Source: Lachnospiraceae bacterium (GTDB lineage: Bacteria; Bacillota; Clostridia; Lachnospirales; Lachnospiraceae). Taken from it: a stretch of 64,000 bases of DNA. Positions within the stretch are counted from its first letter, which is position 1, and each line of letters starts with the position of its first letter. Of this stretch, positions 59,475 to 64,000 are shown piece by piece. The position numbers and the translations under genes are program-made. The notes beneath the pieces are model-generated. The model saw only the letters and a list, made by a program, of their open reading frames with translations. It searched no databases and was not told the origin of the DNA. Where the stretch lies: positions 25,117 to 89,116 of the forward strand of contig JAAVAE010000014.1 in assembly GCA_014804245.1 (NCBI GenBank), read 5' to 3'.

Positions 59475-60680
59475 ATGAAAAAACAGATATTAGGCGAAAG
59501 AGAAGAATTCAACAGTATACTGCCGGAATATGGAAGAAGAAAATTGCTCACCTACGCGGATTCCATCAGGGAATTAGCAGAAAGCTTCCGGGAAACTGAA
59601 AATAATAGGGAAAATATGACCGGGGAAGCCGCAGCGGACAGAAGAGATTACATATGGCAGAAGCGCCTCAATGAAAATAAGAATCTGATGGTGGAGCATC
59701 TTCAGGAAATGGCGCAGATTATGACGCAGCTTGCCGAGGAATCAAGAAAATGTGTGCCCATGGGAGAACGGCGTTTCAAGCAGATATCACATGCACTGCG
59801 CGAGGTGGACATCCAGCTTAAGAATCTGTATCTGATAGAAAATGAAGCAGGACGTATGGAAGTATCGCTTACCATGAGAAATATAAAGAAAAATAACTTG
59901 TCTTCGGAAGAAATCGGTGATCTGCTTTCAGTCCTTTTAAATATGCGCCTTATAAGTGCTCAGGACAATGCTTTTTTCCTGGGAGCAGACTGGCAGACTT
60001 TTTATTATGTGGAGGAGGCAAGATTTCATGTGCTGACAGGTGTTGCCAGTGCAGTTAAGGAAACAGAAAAGATTTCAGGGGACAATTATACCTTTTTCCG
60101 CAGGGAAGCGGGAAACCTAACTGCAGTGCTTTCGGACGGCATGGGTTCGGGGGAAAAAGCATGCAGTGACAGCACCATGGTAGTAGAACTGATGCAAAAA
60201 TTTCTGGAAGCAGGATTTCAAATGGAAATGGCGATTCAGATGATCAACAGCGCACTGCTTACGGGGGAAGAAAATTCAAATATGTCCACACTTGATCTTT
60301 GCAGTATGGATCTGTACAGTGGGGAATGTCGGTTTGTGAAGGTGGGAAGCGCCAGTTCTTATATCAAACGCCAGCATTTAGTGGATAGGATTTCTTCCGG
60401 CAATCTTCCCCTTGGTATTTTCCAGAAGCCGGATATGGAGGCGGTGGGAAGAACCTTGATGGATGGAGATTACATTGTTATGGTGTCGGATGGGGTGCTG
60501 GATGCTCTTTCCCAGGGAATCGGAGAGGATATGCTTTCCGAGATTATCGGCAGCACGAATTTGGAAAATCCCGGCGAGATGGCAAATGCTATACTGAACT
60601 TCTGTATTCACCAGTGCAGAGGGCGCATCCGGGACGATATGACGATTTTGGTGATAGGAATATGGAAAAAAGAGGATTAA
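59475..60680 (+). CDS. spoIIE: SpoIIE-family PP2C phosphatase lacking N-terminal TM domain
   Basis: SGDNY, LSDGMGSG, TLDL, KVGS, LPLG, SDGV, DDMT; canonical divIC-spoIIE-tilS position. Confidence 0.8.
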   Translation: MKKQILGEREEFNSILPEYGRRKLLTYADSIRELAESFRETENNRENMTGEAAADRRDYIWQKRLNENKNLMVEHLQEMAQIMTQLAEESRKCVPMGERRFKQISHALREVDIQLKNLYLIENEAGRMEVSLTMRNIKKNNLSSEEIGDLLSVLLNMRLISAQDNAFFLGADWQTFYYVEEARFHVLTGVASAVKETEKISGDNYTFFRREAGNLTAVLSDGMGSGEKACSDSTMVVELMQKFLEAGFQMEMAIQMINSALLTGEENSNMSTLDLCSMDLYSGECRFVKVGSASSYIKRQHLVDRISSGNLPLGIFQKPDMEAVGRTLMDGDYIVMVSDGVLDALSQGIGEDMLSEIIGSTNLENPGEMANAILNFCIHQCRGRIRDDMTILVIGIWKKED

Positions 60681-60718
60681 CTCTTTCATTTTTCATTTGT
60701 TTCCGCTATATTTATAAT

Positions 60719-62152
60719 ATGATTAAAAAAGTACTGGAGTATGTCAAAAAGTATCACATGATTGAATCAGGGGATACAATAGTGGCAGGAGTTTCAGGAG
60801 GCGCAGATTCTGTTTGCCTCCTTTTTATGCTGGCGGAAATACAGAAGCAAATCCCATTTTCCATAGAGGTAGTACATGTTAATCACAAGGTCCGCCCGGA
60901 TGCCGCGCAGGATGCCTGCTTTGTGAGGGAGCTTTGTGCCAGGCAGGGGATTGCTTTTCACCTTGTGGAGGAGAATGTGAAGGAAAGAGCAAAGGAGCGC
61001 GGTATTTCCGAGGAGGAGGCGGGCAGAGCCGTCAGATATGAGGCATTTGAAAAGGCGCTGGGGGACAAAAGGGGTAAAATTGCAGTTGCCCATAATAGCA
61101 ATGACAGAGCGGAGACCATGCTCTTTCATCTGTTCCGGGGGACAGGGCTTACGGGGGCAAGCGGTATTCGTCCGGTCAATGGGAAGATCATCCGTCCGCT
61201 TTTATGTTTACGGAGAAGTGAGATTGAGCAATGGCTGGAAACGAGGGGTCATTCTTTCTGCCAGGACAGCACGAATGCGCAGGATTTTTATACCAGAAAT
61301 CGTATCAGACATCATATATTGCCTTATGCGGAGCAGGAAATTTGTCAGGGAGCAGTTGCCAATATGAGCCGTGCGGCGGATCAGCTGCTTAGTGCTGAAG
61401 AGTATATTGCAAGACAGACGAAGGCAGCTATGGAAAGATGTGTGCAGGTTGAAGATGGAAGGGAAACGGTCATCATAAAAATACCGGAGCTTCTGAAGGA
61501 GGATGCATACTTAAGAGGGCGTATCCTGATGGAAAGCGTGGCGATGGCGGCAGGGCGCAAAAAGGATATCACAGCGGCACATATTCATAATATGGAATCT
61601 CTTTTCCGGGGGGAGGGGAGCAAGGAAATACATCTTCCCTATGGAATCACGGTTTATAAAAAATATGAATTGGGTATGATACAAAGGAAGGACAAAAAAA
61701 CTGGACTAAAAAAGGATGAATATGAGATATCCATTCCTATATCCCTGTACACTGAAAAACATGTCTGCGGAGGAACATTCAGGCTGTCCGCCGTCAGAGT
61801 GCCGGGGCTTGGAATGGTGGAATTTACAGTGTTTTCACGAAAAGATTCACAAAATATTCCAGAAAAAACATATACGAAATGGTTTGATTATGATAAAATA
61901 ACCTCGTCTGTTATGTTTCGTACGAAGAGACCGGGAGATTATCTCACCATCAATCACCAGATGGGGCATAAGTCACTACAGGATTATTTTGTAAATGAAA
62001 AGATCCCGAAGGAAGAGAGAAATCAGATTTATCTGTTGGCGGAAGGAAAACATGTCATGTGGATTCCGGGCCTAAGGATAAGCGAATATTATAAGATACA
62101 TAAGGATACCCGGACGATTTTGCAGGTAAGCATTGTGGATGAGGAAGGATAA
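60719..62152 (+). CDS. tilS: tRNA(Ile)-lysidine synthetase
   Basis: GVSGGADS, HVNH, AHNSNDRAET, IRPLL, RNRIRH; C-terminal TilS domain. Confidence 0.96.
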   Translation: MIKKVLEYVKKYHMIESGDTIVAGVSGGADSVCLLFMLAEIQKQIPFSIEVVHVNHKVRPDAAQDACFVRELCARQGIAFHLVEENVKERAKERGISEEEAGRAVRYEAFEKALGDKRGKIAVAHNSNDRAETMLFHLFRGTGLTGASGIRPVNGKIIRPLLCLRRSEIEQWLETRGHSFCQDSTNAQDFYTRNRIRHHILPYAEQEICQGAVANMSRAADQLLSAEEYIARQTKAAMERCVQVEDGRETVIIKIPELLKEDAYLRGRILMESVAMAAGRKKDITAAHIHNMESLFRGEGSKEIHLPYGITVYKKYELGMIQRKDKKTGLKKDEYEISIPISLYTEKHVCGGTFRLSAVRVPGLGMVEFTVFSRKDSQNIPEKTYTKWFDYDKITSSVMFRTKRPGDYLTINHQMGHKSLQDYFVNEKIPKEERNQIYLLAEGKHVMWIPGLRISEYYKIHKDTRTILQVSIVDEEG

Positions 62153-62209
62153 ATACAGGCGGCGGATACAAAAGACGTATTGGCCGGAAGAGAGAAAGGA
62201 GCTGATAGT

Positions 62210-62734
62210 ATGGCTGAAAAAATCAGAGTGCTGATTTCGGAAGAGGAAGTGGATGCTAAAATCAAGCAGATTGGTGAGCAGATCAGCAAAGATTATGCAG
62301 GTAAAGAGGTTCACTTGATCTGTGCGCTCAAAGGTGGGAGCTTTTTTATGTGTGAGCTGGCGAAAAGGATCACGGTGCCGGTTTCTCTGGATTTTATGTC
62401 AGTTTCCAGTTATGGAAATGAGACCAAATCCAGCGGTGTGGTAAAGATCGTGAAGGATCTGGACGAACCAATCATGGGTAAGGACGTTATCGTAATAGAG
62501 GATATTGTAGATTCGGGACGTACCTTAAGTTACATGTTGGATTTACTTAGGGAAAGAAAGCCTGCAAGCATCAGGCTCTGCACCTTGCTGGATAAGCCGG
62601 ACCGCAGAGTGGTGGAGGTGCCGGTAGATTATACAGGTTTCCAGATTCCGGATGAGTTTGTTGTGGGATATGGATTAGATTATGCACAAAAGTATAGGAA
62701 TCTTCCCTACGTTGGGATAGTAGAATTTGAATAA
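62210..62734 (+). CDS. hpt: Hypoxanthine phosphoribosyltransferase
   Basis: [39 protein letters not shown]. Confidence 0.96.
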   Translation: MAEKIRVLISEEEVDAKIKQIGEQISKDYAGKEVHLICALKGGSFFMCELAKRITVPVSLDFMSVSSYGNETKSSGVVKIVKDLDEPIMGKDVIVIEDIVDSGRTLSYMLDLLRERKPASIRLCTLLDKPDRRVVEVPVDYTGFQIPDEFVVGYGLDYAQKYRNLPYVGIVEFE

Positions 62735-62778
62735 GTAAAAACAAGGCCGGGAAATTTCCGGCAAGTGAGGTAACAAGG

Positions 62779-64000
62779 TTGAACAAGAAAAACAGAGGAT
62801 ATAATGCATATTTTATACTCATATTATTGCTGTTGGCATTGCTGATTATTCCGAATCTTTTGGATCATGGACAGGTGGAATATACCCGGGGTGAACTGCT
62901 TTTGGATTTAGAGGGCGGCAATGTGGTACACGCAAGTATCAGTCCCAGCCGGCAGACACCTACAGGCGAGGTTGATTTCGTACTAAAGAACGGGGCGGAG
63001 CGAACGCTGTATGTGACAGATGTGTCTGAGATTGAAGAAGTATTGATTTCCCATGGCATTGACCCGGAGGTCAAAAAGGTGCAGGAAGAAAGCTGGTTTC
63101 TGACCAGTGTATTTCCTGTATTGCTTGCAATTATTGTAATGGTCTTCTTCTTCGTAATGATGAACAGCCAGAATGCCGGCGGAAATAGTAAGATGATGAA
63201 TTTCGGAAAAAGCCGGGCAAGATTATCCATGGGTGATGGGAAGATTACATTAAAAGATGTGGCCGGGTTGAAAGAGGAAAAGGAAGAACTGGAAGAAATC
63301 GTGGAATTCTTGAGAGATCCTGCCAAGTTTACCAGAGTGGGAGCCAGAATTCCCAAGGGCGTGCTGTTAGAAGGCGCACCCGGTACCGGTAAGACGTTGC
63401 TTGCCAAGGCGATTGCAGGTGAAGCGGGGGTTCCTTTCTTTAGTATTTCCGGTTCTGATTTTGTGGAGATGTTCGTCGGTGTCGGCGCATCCAGAGTACG
63501 TGATCTTTTTGAGGATGCAAAGAGGCATGCGCCCTGTATTGTATTTATAGATGAAATCGATGCGGTGGCAAGACGCCGTGGTACCGGTATGGGCGGCGGT
63601 CATGATGAAAGAGAGCAGACTTTAAATCAGCTGCTTGTTGAGATGGACGGCTTTGGTGTAAACGAAGGAATTATCGTGCTTGCCGCTACGAATCGTGTAG
63701 ACATTCTGGACCCTGCAATCCTTCGTCCGGGACGTTTTGACAGAAAGATCAGTGTCAACAGGCCGGACGTGGGCGGAAGAGAGGACATCCTCAAGGTGCA
63801 TGCGAAAAATAAACCTCTTGGAGAGGATGTTGACTTAAAGCAGATTGCCCAGACTACGGCAGGGTTTACGGGAGCAGATTTAGAGAATCTTTTAAATGAG
63901 GCATCCATTGTAGCCGCTAAGACGAACAGAAGCTTTGTCATGCAGGAGGACATCAAGAAAGCCTTTATTAAAGTAGGTATCGGCGCTGAGAAAAAGAGCC
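62779..64000 (+). CDS. ftsH: ATP-dependent zinc metalloprotease FtsH, 3' end runs off the window
   Basis: Not in the ORF track. TTG start after GAGGT; two TMs, [53 protein letters not shown] in frame; follows hpt. Confidence 0.96.
   Translation, partial: MNKKNRGYNAYFILILLLLALLIIPNLLDHGQVEYTRGELLLDLEGGNVVHASISPSRQTPTGEVDFVLKNGAERTLYVTDVSEIEEVLISHGIDPEVKKVQEESWFLTSVFPVLLAIIVMVFFFVMMNSQNAGGNSKMMNFGKSRARLSMGDGKITLKDVAGLKEEKEELEEIVEFLRDPAKFTRVGARIPKGVLLEGAPGTGKTLLAKAIAGEAGVPFFSISGSDFVEMFVGVGASRVRDLFEDAKRHAPCIVFIDEIDAVARRRGTGMGGGHDEREQTLNQLLVEMDGFGVNEGIIVLAATNRVDILDPAILRPGRFDRKISVNRPDVGGREDILKVHAKNKPLGEDVDLKQIAQTTAGFTGADLENLLNEASIVAAKTNRSFVMQEDIKKAFIKVGIGAEKKS

Overview
Chromosomal window from a spore-forming Clostridia bacterium, most likely Lachnospiraceae (inferred from gene content). 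No rRNA, tRNA, CRISPR array, transposase or integrase was recognised. In order: end of a sugar isomerase/epimerase operon; XRE-DUF4097 regulator with an ABC exporter; XRE-DUF3990 (ADP-ribosyltransferase-like) two-gene module; T-box-controlled trpEGDCFBA; DUF4832 protein; hipBA-like module; divergent cobalamin riboswitch with DUF4430 and an ECF S-component; SPFH-RHH-YbjQ operon; GNB/LNB utilisation locus (AraC, ABC, GH112, NahK); mtaD-ahcY; MCP; degenerate PRTase; perR-reverse rubrerythrin-rubredoxin; a two-component system; an AraC-ROK-VOC-VOC-GH1-ABC catabolic locus; T-box-proS, cca, cotS-like; and the conserved hup-yabO-yabP-yabQ-divIC-spoIIE-tilS-hpt-ftsH block. The best candidate for an undescribed system is the 40.3-49.9 kb locus, where two paralogous non-canonical VOC proteins (one fused to a rubredoxin-like domain) sit inside a PTS-independent phospho-beta-glucosidase pathway. 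All assignments come from reading motifs by eye; no database searches were run.
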